From: a virus
IMG/VR virus record: IMGVR_UViG_3300029951_000020
Span: 1 to 64,000 of that record
DNA length: 64,000 nt
Direction: 5' to 3' (one strand)
The first letter of the stretch is position 1. Each line of letters starts with the position of its first letter. A model generated the notes under the pieces. That model saw nothing but the letters and a program-made list of their open reading frames with translations, did no database searches and was not told the origin of the DNA. A program made the translations under genes and the position numbers. Of the stretch, positions 32,329 to 41,454 are shown in pieces.

Positions 32329-32678
32329 GGCGCCTTCTCCATCGTCTCGAACTCCACCTTCGGATCGAACCAATCGTCCTTCAGAATGTGCCCGACGGCG
32401 TGGACGCGCGAATGCTCGCAGCGCACGCGGATCGTGCGGCCCGGCAGTTTGCCCCAGTCCTCCACGCCCGCGATCTCCATGCAGCGGAAGATGAAGTGGC
32501 CGGCGTAGTTGCGCTGGTTGACAGCTTTCTTGAAGTCCTTCGGCAGGTACAGCGAGTAGCCGCCGAATCCCTGCCCACTGCCGCCATAGTCCAGGTACAG
32601 CCAGCCGCTCAGGCAGCCGTGGTCGGCGGTGCTGAGCGACGTTGATTCGATGATCGCGTTTCGTACTTCGATGGTCAT
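32325..32678 (-). CDS. hypothetical protein, paralogue of 27289..27783
   Basis: Track ORF preceded by AGAAAAGGAAG. See the alignment under 27289..27783. Confidence 0.6.
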   Translation of the reverse strand: MTIEVRNAIIESTSLSTADHGCLSGWLYLDYGGSGQGFGGYSLYLPKDFKKAVNQRNYAGHFIFRCMEIAGVEDWGKLPGRTIRVRCEHSRVHAVGHILKDDWFDPKVEFETMEKAP

Positions 32679-32735
32679 GGTATATCTTCCTTTTCTAGTT
32701 GGACGCTTCGATCTATTATAGATCGGAGTGGACGA

Positions 32736-32975
32736 CTACGCTTTGCGATCTTCTGCAAAGCGCACTGCTTCTTTATCCCAGATGATGTCTCGATACCGAT
32801 AGATCAGCCGATACACCGTCAGCTGATCCTGCATCGTCAGCACCGTGCTCGACTCCAGGATGCGCTTCAGGCGCAGGATGTTCGCGTCGTCGTCCACGTC
32901 CGCGGCGATCAGCGCCAGATACTTGGGCGCGCGGCGGTTGAACTCGGTTTGGTTCATGGGAGGTGCGCCGATCAT
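32736..32975 (-). CDS. hypothetical protein (79 aa)
   Basis: Track ORF. Confidence 0.45.
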   Translation of the reverse strand: MIGAPPMNQTEFNRRAPKYLALIAADVDDDANILRLKRILESSTVLTMQDQLTVYRLIYRYRDIIWDKEAVRFAEDRKA

Positions 32976-32976
32976 G

Positions 32977-33444
32977 TCAGTGCAGTTTCCCGATGCGCTG
33001 GGCCTCGTTCATGATGCACTCCTTGAAGCTCTCCGAAGCCATGCGGATCGCATCCTGGGGATCGAGGGTGTCCTTGTACTCGGCGCAGTGCTTCTCCGCC
33101 AAGGCCGCCGCGCAAAGGAATATTTTTTGACGTAGCGACTCGGTCGTCGGCATCGACTCCGGCGCGATGTCGATGTGGCTCGCGTGGCGCGGATCGATCT
33201 TCCAGCGAACGTTGACGCGGAACACACGCTTGCCGGAGTCGAGTAGTTCGAGCGTCACGTCAACCAGTTTCTTCTTCGGACCTAACAAACCGACTGCCTT
33301 CATCACCATGACTCCGATCCACAATGGAAAGAATATTACGACTAAAACGAGATGCCAGAAAGGCATCTTGGGAACATATCGACTGAAGAGGAACCCGGTG
33401 TTGGCGCCCAATATCAGCCAGACGATGGCGAGGTCAGCGATCAC
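32977..33444 (-). CDS. membrane protein with two N-terminal TM segments (155 aa)
   Basis: Track ORF with a GTG start. Sequence IADLAIVWLILGANTGFLF .. WHLVLVVIFFPLWIGVMVM. Confidence 0.55.
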   Translation of the reverse strand: MIADLAIVWLILGANTGFLFSRYVPKMPFWHLVLVVIFFPLWIGVMVMKAVGLLGPKKKLVDVTLELLDSGKRVFRVNVRWKIDPRHASHIDIAPESMPTTESLRQKIFLCAAALAEKHCAEYKDTLDPQDAIRMASESFKECIMNEAQRIGKLH

Positions 33445-33596
33445 TGATTCGCCATCTCGCGCAAACTGCCGGGTTGCTCCGGATCAAAAAGCCAGTAGAT
33501 CGGCTTGCCGGCGATCACGTCGAGGATCACCCAGCACACGATCCTGGGCGTCGGGCGCATCGGCAAGACGGGCAACCCATCCTTCATCTCGGTCAC
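33441..33596 (-). CDS. small hypothetical protein (51 aa)
   Basis: GTGA overlaps at both ends. Below the track size cut-off. Confidence 0.3.
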   Translation of the reverse strand: MTEMKDGLPVLPMRPTPRIVCWVILDVIAGKPIYWLFDPEQPGSLREMANQ

Positions 33597-33910
33597 GGCT
33601 TGTTGTCTCCGAGCAGCTGCAGTACCACGTCACGCAGGCGGGACTGTCTGGGCGACAGATCGATGCAGTCCTGCGAGAGTAACTGAACGATCTCTGTTCT
33701 TTCGGCGTGTACGACAGGTTCCTTCTGCCACACAATTGTGGCCGCGATGTTCGCCTTCGCGTCGTGCTCCAGACAATGATTCTTGCACATGCGCGCGGTC
33801 TTCGATATCGTCGCGCCGACCTGGCGAACCCACTGCGGTTCGATGGCCTGCAGATACTGCAGCAGTTCGCCACATCCGCGACAGTAGACATGCGCTGCAA
33901 ACGTCGTCAT
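33593..33910 (-). CDS. Cys-rich hypothetical protein (105 aa)
   Basis: Frame of 33593..34126, trimmed to the ATGA overlap at 33907-33910. Confidence 0.45.
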   Translation of the reverse strand: MTTFAAHVYCRGCGELLQYLQAIEPQWVRQVGATISKTARMCKNHCLEHDAKANIAATIVWQKEPVVHAERTEIVQLLSQDCIDLSPRQSRLRDVVLQLLGDNKP

Positions 33911-34110
33911 GGTGCCGCGTCCAGCGCAACAAGCTGGTGCGACCATCGCCCCTTGATGATGCGCTCTTGGCCGTCGTCGAGCACGAGGGTGATCGCGTAT
34001 CGGTCGACGTAGCGTAGGTCGACGACCTTGGCGTTCTCTTCGCAGCAGAATGCGAGTGGAGCGTCGTCGAGGTACTGCTGGGCTTGGGCGAGTGCGGCTT
34101 GTCTGCTCAT
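33907..34110 (-). CDS. hypothetical protein (67 aa)
   Basis: Track ORF. Confidence 0.45.
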   Translation of the reverse strand: MSRQAALAQAQQYLDDAPLAFCCEENAKVVDLRYVDRYAITLVLDDGQERIIKGRWSHQLVALDAAP

Positions 34111-34147
34111 GGGGTGATCCTCTCATAACAATGTCGTATTGTCAACA

Positions 34148-36634
34148 TTAAAAAACCTGCGCCTGCTTCATCTCGCTCTCGGCCTCCGAATCCACCGCCC
34201 ACTTCGTCCCGCCGCATATCTTGTCCCACCGCTCTCTGGCGGATGCCAGCAGTGGCAGCACGAAGCACGGCTGGCGCGCCTTCACCTTCGTCCCGTAGCC
34301 GCCGTCGTCCCGCATGCGCTCGACGGTCGCGTAGGTGTCCTGTGGGAACCCTGGCGGCAGCACCTCGCCGAGGAACTTCGCCAGTGCGACGCGCGACATG
34401 CGGTAATTGCGACCCTGGTTCTTCATCTCCTCCACGTAATCCTCGTACATCTCCTCCTTCGACAACTGCTGCACCCACTTGCTGTGCGTCGGCAGCACGC
34501 GGCCGTCGACCAGTTTGCTCAGCCACCACTGACGCTCCGGCGACATCGACAACATCTTTTGGTCGTTCAGCGCCTCGGTGACGGGCGCGCGGCGCACCTC
34601 GAAGTCGGACAGGTCCAGGTGCATCAGGTAGTAGAGCAGGTGCTGCCTGCCCGTCTTGTCCATCTGCTTCTGCATCTTCCCGAAGAACGACATGTCCTGC
34701 TTGTTCTCCTCGCCCACGTCGAGCACGAAGTAGCGGCGCTCGTCTTCGCCTGCAGGCACTACCCACGCCTCGTTCGACGCCATCATGATGTGGACGCAGC
34801 TGCGGGCCTGGCGCGCGTCGATGCCCTTCAGCTCGACCATCAGCGTGTCCTCGGTGACCAACCCCTTCAGCACAGCCTCGTGCTTCTTGTCGCCCGCGTA
34901 GAACGCCTCGTCCGCGTAGAGCAAAACGGTGTCGCGCAGATGCCCGTTGAACTGCCCGACGAGGTGGTTCGCGTTGGTGATGTACAGGTAGTGGCGCCCG
35001 AACAGGTTGCCGAAGTTCTTGATGAAGAAACTCTTGCCGGTGCCCTTCTTGCCGCGCAGGATCACCGCGACCTCGCCCTGCAGGCCGGGTTGCTGGACGG
35101 CGCGCGCCATCCACTTGATCATGTACTCGTAGTAGGTCGCGTTGTTCTTGCAGATGTTGCGCTTGGCGTGCTCCAGGAAGGGCAGGTGGTCGTCGCCGGG
35201 GATCGCGTCGCAGGCGAACCCGCGCCACATGTTGTAGACCTCGTCGTTGTCCACGTTGGGCAGGAAGCACATCGACTCGCGCTGGTTGCGCCGAGGGTTG
35301 GCGAGCCAGTAGCTCCCGGCGTCCATCGTCAGCGCCTTACCCTTCCCGTTGGTCCCGCAGGTGACCAGCACGTTCGAGTACCGCGCCCTGAAGTCGTCGA
35401 AGGTCTGGGCACTGATCTGGGATCTGTTGAGCGAGTGATCGAACGACTCGCTGATGACCCGCACCTTGCCGCCCATGTCCGCGATGACGCAGTGCTTCTC
35501 GTTGAGCATGCGCAGCCAAGGCTCCTCGACCTCCTCCTTCGCGCGCTCGATCTGCCGCATCGCGTAGGACTCCCAGTTGGGCTTCTCCTTCACGCTGACG
35601 GCGATCTCGTTGTTGCCGGTGATGACCGAGAAGATCATGTCGTCCGGCACCTCGTTGCGGGTCAGCTCGCAGCAGACGCGGAACAGGGCTTCTGATCGCG
35701 ACGGGTACTTGCCTGGGTCGAGTGGGTCGGTCGCCGTGGCGATCAGCGCGTAGCAGTGGTCCGAGATCGACTTCTTGTTGTCGGCGGCCCAGTGCTGAAG
35801 TTCCTCGACGCCGATCGACGTGACGTTGCCCGAGACGCGCATCCTCGACGGCTTGCGGCCGATGATCGACGTCACCTCCTGCTGCACGCGCACGGCCGGG
35901 ACGAAGCGGTCGAGCGGGTAGACGTTGTCGTTGAACTCGATCACCGTTGCCAGTTCCATCTGGCGACCCTTCTTGCGCTTCTTCGCGTCCGGGACGTTGA
36001 TCGTGCCTGGCAAGCGCAGGATGCGGTCGATGTTGTGGCAGTTGTCGGCCTGCATCTGCCGCTCGATCTGGCGGTTATACGCCTCGATCTGCTCGCACTT
36101 GTCGACGTTGCCCTCGACGACGAGGCGGTCGTCCTCCTCAAGCTGCCACAGCGCCTGGTAGCCGCCGCCGGAGAAGATGATGACGGTCGGCGCCGGCTGG
36201 AACGCGCCGAGCATCCTTAAAATGCGAGACCGATCGCCGATCAGGTACTTCTTGGTGTGCGCCTTCAGCGCATCGTCGTCGAGATCCTTCGGCGCGTCGA
36301 TATCAACGCGCGGATCGACGTCGACGTGAAGGTGCGTCATCGCGCGCACGTCCTCCTTGTGCGCCTTGTTGAACTTGTCCCCGTTGGCCCGCGTGCCCAG
36401 CGGTGCCATCAGGGCGTTGAGCTGAAAGTACAGGTTACGCTTGCCCTGCCAGCGCTCGATCCAGTCGAAGCACGCTTGACGCTGATCGACGGTGAACGAG
36501 ATGCCGGTCGGATATGAGGGCTTCTCGTCGGGCTTGATCGCGGTGAGGTTCCACGGTCCTGCCGGGAACATGCGCTCCAGGAACGCTATCGCAGCGGCGG
36601 TGTCCGGGACGACGGAGAGGGTGATGTTGGTCAT
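34148..36634 (-). CDS. primase (RepB/AEP-like N-terminus) fused to an SF3 (P4-alpha/D5-like) helicase
   Basis: N-terminal NLYFQLN..HVDVDP..SGGGYQALW is primase-like. Walker A ILRGKKGTGKS and LLYADE (Walker B-like) lie in the C-terminal half. Confidence 0.85.
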   Translation of the reverse strand: MTNITLSVVPDTAAAIAFLERMFPAGPWNLTAIKPDEKPSYPTGISFTVDQRQACFDWIERWQGKRNLYFQLNALMAPLGTRANGDKFNKAHKEDVRAMTHLHVDVDPRVDIDAPKDLDDDALKAHTKKYLIGDRSRILRMLGAFQPAPTVIIFSGGGYQALWQLEEDDRLVVEGNVDKCEQIEAYNRQIERQMQADNCHNIDRILRLPGTINVPDAKKRKKGRQMELATVIEFNDNVYPLDRFVPAVRVQQEVTSIIGRKPSRMRVSGNVTSIGVEELQHWAADNKKSISDHCYALIATATDPLDPGKYPSRSEALFRVCCELTRNEVPDDMIFSVITGNNEIAVSVKEKPNWESYAMRQIERAKEEVEEPWLRMLNEKHCVIADMGGKVRVISESFDHSLNRSQISAQTFDDFRARYSNVLVTCGTNGKGKALTMDAGSYWLANPRRNQRESMCFLPNVDNDEVYNMWRGFACDAIPGDDHLPFLEHAKRNICKNNATYYEYMIKWMARAVQQPGLQGEVAVILRGKKGTGKSFFIKNFGNLFGRHYLYITNANHLVGQFNGHLRDTVLLYADEAFYAGDKKHEAVLKGLVTEDTLMVELKGIDARQARSCVHIMMASNEAWVVPAGEDERRYFVLDVGEENKQDMSFFGKMQKQMDKTGRQHLLYYLMHLDLSDFEVRRAPVTEALNDQKMLSMSPERQWWLSKLVDGRVLPTHSKWVQQLSKEEMYEDYVEEMKNQGRNYRMSRVALAKFLGEVLPPGFPQDTYATVERMRDDGGYGTKVKARQPCFVLPLLASARERWDKICGGTKWAVDSEAESEMKQAQVF

Positions 36635-36641
36635 GAGTGGA

Positions 36642-36974
36642 TCAGGACCAATACGCCAGCAGCTTCTCCACCTTGACCTTCCCCTTCTCCATCATGTTCA
36701 CCCACACGCGCGATACCCCGATCGCATCACCGATCTCGTCCTGCGTCATGCCGTAGCGCATGCGCATCAGCACGCAGTACTCCTGTTCGGTCAGGTCGGT
36801 CTGCGGGTCGAACGCGAAGTCGATGCCGCGCTTGGCTTCCTCGCACAGCTGGTACACGCTGCGCTTCAGGCCGAATTCTTTTGCAGCATCGGTCTGCGAT
36901 AGCTTCTCGCGGCGGCGCCATAAAAAAAGATGTTCGTGGTCGTCGATCTCGAAGGCAGTCAGGGGCGTAGACAT
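36642..36974 (-). CDS. HTH regulator (110 aa)
   Basis: MTQDEIGDAIGVSRVWVNMMEKGK is a helix-turn-helix pattern. Trimmed to ATG 36972-36974. Confidence 0.55.
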   Translation of the reverse strand: MSTPLTAFEIDDHEHLFLWRRREKLSQTDAAKEFGLKRSVYQLCEEAKRGIDFAFDPQTDLTEQEYCVLMRMRYGMTQDEIGDAIGVSRVWVNMMEKGKVKVEKLLAYWS

Positions 36975-37354
36975 TCTAGTAGTTCTTTTCCATTGACGCT
37001 GCGTTCCCACTTCCTGTGGGCCGCAGCAATCGTCTCCTCAAGCGAGCATCTGCCCACCACCGTTGCAGCGACCTCCCCCTTGAACAACAGCCAGACGTGT
37101 CCGATCTTCAGCAGGAACCACACCTTGCCGCCGTGACGATGTCTCTGCACCGCCCAGACGCGCTGCTCCTGCACGTACTTCGGTACCTTCAGGATCGGCG
37201 CCTTGCGCTTGGGCATGACGATCTCTTTCAGTTCCATCCAGCCGCCAATGAACTCGGTGTCCGGGCAACCCGGAGTGCAGGAGTTCTCGACGCGCTGGGG
37301 ATCGAGCGAGACCAGGTGCGGTCGCAGCGTCTCCCACATAGCCTTCTCGGACAC
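36959..37354 (-). CDS. VRR-NUC-like PD-(D/E)XK nuclease
   Basis: GCPDTEFIGGWMELKEIV fits the G.PD...(n)E.K motif. Confidence 0.5.
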   Translation of the reverse strand: MSEKAMWETLRPHLVSLDPQRVENSCTPGCPDTEFIGGWMELKEIVMPKRKAPILKVPKYVQEQRVWAVQRHRHGGKVWFLLKIGHVWLLFKGEVAATVVGRCSLEETIAAAHRKWERSVNGKELLECLRP

Positions 37355-37361
37355 GGTGCGG

Positions 37362-37652
37362 CTACTCGCGTACGGCTGTTTTCAGTTCTCCGCTGGGCGC
37401 GAACTTGACCTTGTAGTGGGCGTCGACGACGATGGCCTCGCCTGTGCGCGGGTTGCGCGCATGACGGATTTCCGTGAAGACCTTCTTGATGCGGCCGAGC
37501 CCTGGCACGACGACCATCTCGCTGCCGCTCTTGAGCAGCGACTGCACGGCGGGGCCGAGCGCGTCGATCACTACGGCGACGTCCTGCTTGCGGAGATTCG
37601 TGTCTTTCGGCAGCACATCGTAGATAGCGCGGACCAATACTTCTTTGTTCAT
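37362..37652 (-). CDS. HU/IHF-family DNA-binding protein
   Basis: GLGRIKKVFTEIRHARNPRTGEAIVVDAHYKVKFAPSGELK matches the HU/IHF arm signature. Confidence 0.85.
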   Translation of the reverse strand: MNKEVLVRAIYDVLPKDTNLRKQDVAVVIDALGPAVQSLLKSGSEMVVVPGLGRIKKVFTEIRHARNPRTGEAIVVDAHYKVKFAPSGELKTAVRE

Positions 37653-37692
37653 TGATAGTGTTCCTGTTGGTTATTGTCAGTGCAGCGGTTCT

Positions 37693-39684
37693 CTATGCCA
37701 CATCCTTCCATACATGCCCCATGCTGCCACCCCACGACTCCCCGATCTCAATGTCAACCCGCATGTCCATCTCGATCTTGATTGCGCTGCACATGATCTC
37801 GGCGATGGCGTCGGCTTCCTTGCGGCTCTTGATGGAGTTCGCGATCTCGTCGTGGACGGGGAAGAGGATACGATAGCCCTCGCGGTCTATGTTCACAAGT
37901 GCCTGCTTTGTCTGATCGCCGGCACTTCCCTGGATGCGCCGGTTGAGCGCACGATAGGTGAACTGGTAGTTGCCGTTCTCGTCCTGCTCGAAGTGGCAGC
38001 GGCGCCCGCTCTCGGTGCGCACGAAGCCGTTGGCCTTGGCGTGCTTCTCGGCCTTCTCCGACAGTTCCCTGACGAACGGCATCTCGGCGTCGATCTTGCG
38101 GACGTACTCCTCCACCTCCTCGCAGGCGCCGACGAACTTCTTGTTGCCCTGGCCGACCAGTTGCCTGCCCATGTCGCTGTCGACGGGGTAGGAGGTGCCG
38201 CGCGGGCCGTAGACCATCAGGCGCGTCGGCTTGCCCAGGTCCACGGCCAGCTTCTTCGCCTGCATGTTGTAGGCGCGGCCCAGAAAGATGATCTTGCTCT
38301 GCTTGCGGCCGACGTTGATGAAGCTGTCGACGACTTGGTAGATGTCCGACTTCGGGTCGCGGCGGTACTGGTCCGCGCACTCCTTTGCGCCGCGCAGTCG
38401 GAGCCGCTCGGCCAAGGATATGATCCACATGGGCTCCTGCTTGGAGTAGTCGATCGAAGCCCACTGCTCGTCCTCCTCCGGCAGGTAGATCGCGCGCCAC
38501 ATTGCCGAGAAGTCGTCGCGCGAGGGCTGCTGCTGGAGGTTGAGCTTGCTGCTGCTCATGCGGCCGAAGCGCGCGCCCTCGCCCTCCTCATCGCTGTCGC
38601 TGCTGGAGTCATCGCTCCGCGGCAACTGATTGAACTGGCAGTGCAGCCGTCCTTTGACCTGGTGCTCGCGCACCGACGCGGCGAATGTCGTGCGCAGTTT
38701 GTTCACTTTGCGGGCGCGCTTGATGGCGTCGGCGACGGGGTGGTGAAGGCCGTCGAGCATCGCGGCCGTGATCGACGGCGCACCCTTCTCGGTCTTGGGC
38801 GGCTCGACGCCGATCTGGCGCAGGGCCGGGGCAATCGCCTCGGCCTGCCATATTTGACCTTCTCGGTCCATCGTGCCGGCGCGGATCAGGACGCCCGTCT
38901 GACGGTGCACCTCGTCCAGCGCCCGCGCCTCCTCCAGCACCGACCACCGCTCGATCTGGGCAAGCCGCTGCAGGTTCACCCGCACGCCGCGGCGCTTCAT
39001 GCGCACCAGCACCGGCAGCAGCGACGTCTCCAGCGCGTAGACGCGCTCCAGCTCGTCCTCGACGATCTTGCGCTCTTGCCGACGCAGCACGCGCAGAGGA
39101 AGATCTGCATCTTCCTCCGCGTACGCGCCGACGTATCTCGCAGGCAGTTCCCACAATCCTTCTTTCGGATGCACTCCGTATTGCGCCGCCGCCTCTTTCA
39201 ACAGTGTCTCATCTTTCCCGTCGAACCCCCAGCGCTTGGAGATATTCTGCACACTGTAGGATCGGTGCAGCTCGTAGATCAGGGGATCGGCGACCATGAT
39301 GTCGCGGAACGCCTTTACCCTGGGGAACTTGATCCCGTGCTCCTCACTCCAGTCGAGGTCGTAGGGGAGATTGCCGCCTACGAGGTCCCCTTCAAAATAC
39401 GCAGCTTGATCGCGTATGTAATCGAGTACGTGATCACGTTGCAGGTTATCACCTCCGGCATGTCCGAATGGTAGATAGTGACGCGGACCGTCTTCGATGG
39501 CGAATGAGATGCCCACAAGCCTTGCATTACTACGGCGCACTCCGGCACCAAGCCGCTTGAGATCGGGATCGCAGGTTTCAACGTCATAGCCTATCCTGCC
39601 TTGCTTGGGCCATACGGGGAGGTCGCAGACGGGCGTGGGGCGCCAGGATGAGTCCGGCGGGAATAAGGGTGCGGTTGCGGGCAT
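37693..39684 (-). CDS. family A DNA polymerase with a 3'-5' exonuclease domain
   Basis: ExoI YDVET; motif A-like IDYSKQE; motif B RKQSKIIFLGRAYNM; IQGSAGD; motif C VHDEI. Trimmed to ATG 39682-39684, 5 nt after the upstream stop. Confidence 0.85.
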   Translation of the reverse strand: MPATAPLFPPDSSWRPTPVCDLPVWPKQGRIGYDVETCDPDLKRLGAGVRRSNARLVGISFAIEDGPRHYLPFGHAGGDNLQRDHVLDYIRDQAAYFEGDLVGGNLPYDLDWSEEHGIKFPRVKAFRDIMVADPLIYELHRSYSVQNISKRWGFDGKDETLLKEAAAQYGVHPKEGLWELPARYVGAYAEEDADLPLRVLRRQERKIVEDELERVYALETSLLPVLVRMKRRGVRVNLQRLAQIERWSVLEEARALDEVHRQTGVLIRAGTMDREGQIWQAEAIAPALRQIGVEPPKTEKGAPSITAAMLDGLHHPVADAIKRARKVNKLRTTFAASVREHQVKGRLHCQFNQLPRSDDSSSDSDEEGEGARFGRMSSSKLNLQQQPSRDDFSAMWRAIYLPEEDEQWASIDYSKQEPMWIISLAERLRLRGAKECADQYRRDPKSDIYQVVDSFINVGRKQSKIIFLGRAYNMQAKKLAVDLGKPTRLMVYGPRGTSYPVDSDMGRQLVGQGNKKFVGACEEVEEYVRKIDAEMPFVRELSEKAEKHAKANGFVRTESGRRCHFEQDENGNYQFTYRALNRRIQGSAGDQTKQALVNIDREGYRILFPVHDEIANSIKSRKEADAIAEIMCSAIKIEMDMRVDIEIGESWGGSMGHVWKDVA

Positions 39685-39688
39685 CGGA

Positions 39689-40000
39689 TCAGCCCAGACG
39701 GTCGATGCGTTCGATCTCGGCAAGCAGCAGCGCGGTAGCCTTGACGAGGTCACGGCGCGGGCTAGTCGTCTTGAATTCACCATGCTCCCACGGCCAGTAT
39801 GAAACGGTAGGAAAACCAGCAGCCGACAGGGCATAGCAGGCAGCGGCTGCGGCCATCTCTCCCGCTGCGTGCTCGTCATCATGCAGCGGTGTCCAACCCT
39901 CCTCGGCGACCTGCCGCTGCCGCTCGACCAGAACGTCCAGCGCAGCGCGGCCCACAGTGACCTGATAGGCCTGATTCGACGGATGGTTTAGGTCTTTCAC
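39689..40000 (-). CDS. hypothetical protein (103 aa)
   Basis: Track ORF. EEGWTPLHDDEH..GEMAAAAACYA looks conserved, but I do not know its function. Confidence 0.55.
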   Translation of the reverse strand: MKDLNHPSNQAYQVTVGRAALDVLVERQRQVAEEGWTPLHDDEHAAGEMAAAAACYALSAAGFPTVSYWPWEHGEFKTTSPRRDLVKATALLLAEIERIDRLG

Positions 40001-40839
40001 TTCTCCGTCTCCTGCACCACATATGCCGCCCGATAGGCGCTGATCACCGCGCGCAGTTCCCCGGCGGTGATCGTGAACGTCGCTTCGGCATCCTTCGACG
40101 CCAGCACCCGGTCGCCGTACACCGCATCCAGTCTGCCCATCAACTCCAGCGAATGGTCAGAGAACACGCGCTTGGGCGACTTGGTCTTGACCGCTTTCGG
40201 CAGATCCTTCGCTGCTTCTTTCGCCTCGGCCTTGTCGATCTTTCCCTGCAGGAATTCGCCGGCCTTCTCGCCGTGCTTCAGGATCGTGCCGATGGCTTCG
40301 CCGACCGGCACGCTGCCGTTGCGGACCATTTTGCGTACCGCCGCATCGGCGGCGCTCAGCACCAGCAGGTTGTGGACGTGCGTCGGCGTCTTGCCGCTGC
40401 GCTGCGCGACCTTCTCCTCGCTCCAGCCCAGGTCGATCAGGCGCTTGTAGGCGTCGGCGGTCTCCAGCGGCGTCAGCGCCAGGCCGGAATTGCTGGTGAT
40501 GTTCGCCGCGGCCTGTTCGACCTCGTCGCCCTTGAACGGGATGCAGGCGACGCTGGTGATGTCGAGGCCCGACTCTTTGGCGAGCAGGTAAGCCTCACGC
40601 CGGCAGTGCCCGACGACGATGAAGATCGACTGGTCGTCCTCGACCACGACCTCCAGCGGCGGGACGCTGCCGCCGTCGATCAGCGTCTGCGCGATGGACT
40701 TGATGTGGGCGCGCGTCTCGGCGCTGCGCATGTCGCGCGGGTTGAAGCCGGGGCGCACTTTGAGGGCGTCGAGCGGCACGTTGAACGCGTCGAATTTCTT
40801 GACGGCGCCGGAGCGCGCCATGTTGGAGAGGGAGGCCAT
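39997..40839 (-). CDS. ParB/sulfiredoxin-like nuclease-domain protein
   Basis: FNPRD ... PPLEVVV ... VVGHCRREA matches the ParB N-terminal signature. Confidence 0.8.
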   Translation of the reverse strand: MASLSNMARSGAVKKFDAFNVPLDALKVRPGFNPRDMRSAETRAHIKSIAQTLIDGGSVPPLEVVVEDDQSIFIVVGHCRREAYLLAKESGLDITSVACIPFKGDEVEQAAANITSNSGLALTPLETADAYKRLIDLGWSEEKVAQRSGKTPTHVHNLLVLSAADAAVRKMVRNGSVPVGEAIGTILKHGEKAGEFLQGKIDKAEAKEAAKDLPKAVKTKSPKRVFSDHSLELMGRLDAVYGDRVLASKDAEATFTITAGELRAVISAYRAAYVVQETEK

Positions 40840-40914
40840 GCGGGTGCGTTCCTTTGGTGAACGGTATGGAGTGGTGACAATACGACAGACTGAGGCAGAA
40901 GTAAAGCGACAGAA

Positions 40915-41316
40915 CTACATTATTTCGCCGACCATACACTGCGTAAAATACTGGATCGCGTAAGCCTCGACCTCGTCACCAGAGATGCCCGTCTGCCGCA
41001 TCGCCTCCAGCGCGGTCTGCCAGACGTGGACAGCCTCGTGGGCGAGCGTCGCTACGGTCTGCGCTCGGGATAGTCCCCGCTGGTCGCCTAGACTTACGAT
41101 ACACACCAAGCGCGGCGCTTTGCCGTCTGCGCGTCGAATAATGTGGGTGCACGCTCCGGTACCATCCAGTTCGTACCTGTCTGGTTCTTTGACGCACATC
41201 TTTTTTAGCGCTGCGTAGTACGCGCGCTCGCACATCGTGAAGCCGAAAGCGATAGGCAAGAATCCTGTATCGAACCACACCACCTTACGATCTACAGCGC
41301 GCATGCTTTCTCCCAC
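40915..41316 (-). CDS. putative HExxH metallopeptidase-like protein
   Basis: Contains an LAHEAVHVW motif. The start may instead be at 41304. Confidence 0.45.
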   Translation of the reverse strand: MGESMRAVDRKVVWFDTGFLPIAFGFTMCERAYYAALKKMCVKEPDRYELDGTGACTHIIRRADGKAPRLVCIVSLGDQRGLSRAQTVATLAHEAVHVWQTALEAMRQTGISGDEVEAYAIQYFTQCMVGEIM

Positions 41317-41454
41317 GCAGCTTTGGCCTTGTCCAGCAGTTCCCCGATCTCCTTCAGCCCCTGTCGGCTCGCCTTCCCGCGGAACAGCATCTCCGAGGCG
41401 ATGAAGGCGATGCGGGCGCAGTTTTTGCGGAGTTCGGTGAGGTGTGTTTTCACA
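41292..41454 (-). CDS. small hypothetical protein (53 aa)
   Basis: GTG 41452-41454 overlaps the helicase stop (GTGA). Confidence 0.3.

Noticed and set aside
34111-34147. TTGACA plus the shared 13-mer TGTCGTATTGTCA (also at about 40876-40893 on the other strand) as a promoter or operator pair.
   Set aside because: No acceptable -10 lies at 16-18 nt spacing. There are only two copies in opposite orientation relative to the operon, which is not enough evidence.
34139-35695. Long plus-strand ORFs antisense to the primase-helicase, polymerase, tape-measure and other large genes. Examples: 34139..35695, 37645..39474, 40153..40860, 60203..61057, 62367..63287.
   Set aside because: Their sequences are repetitive and rich in Arg, Ala, Gly, Val and Leu. 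They lie exactly opposite genes with strong family signatures. This is the typical open antisense frame of GC-rich DNA.
37655-37690. Leaderless promoter for the HU/IHF gene (TGACAA...TATCAA abutting the ATG).
   Set aside because: The putative -10 overlaps the start codon, so transcription would begin inside the gene. An AGGAAC Shine-Dalgarno sequence is present instead.
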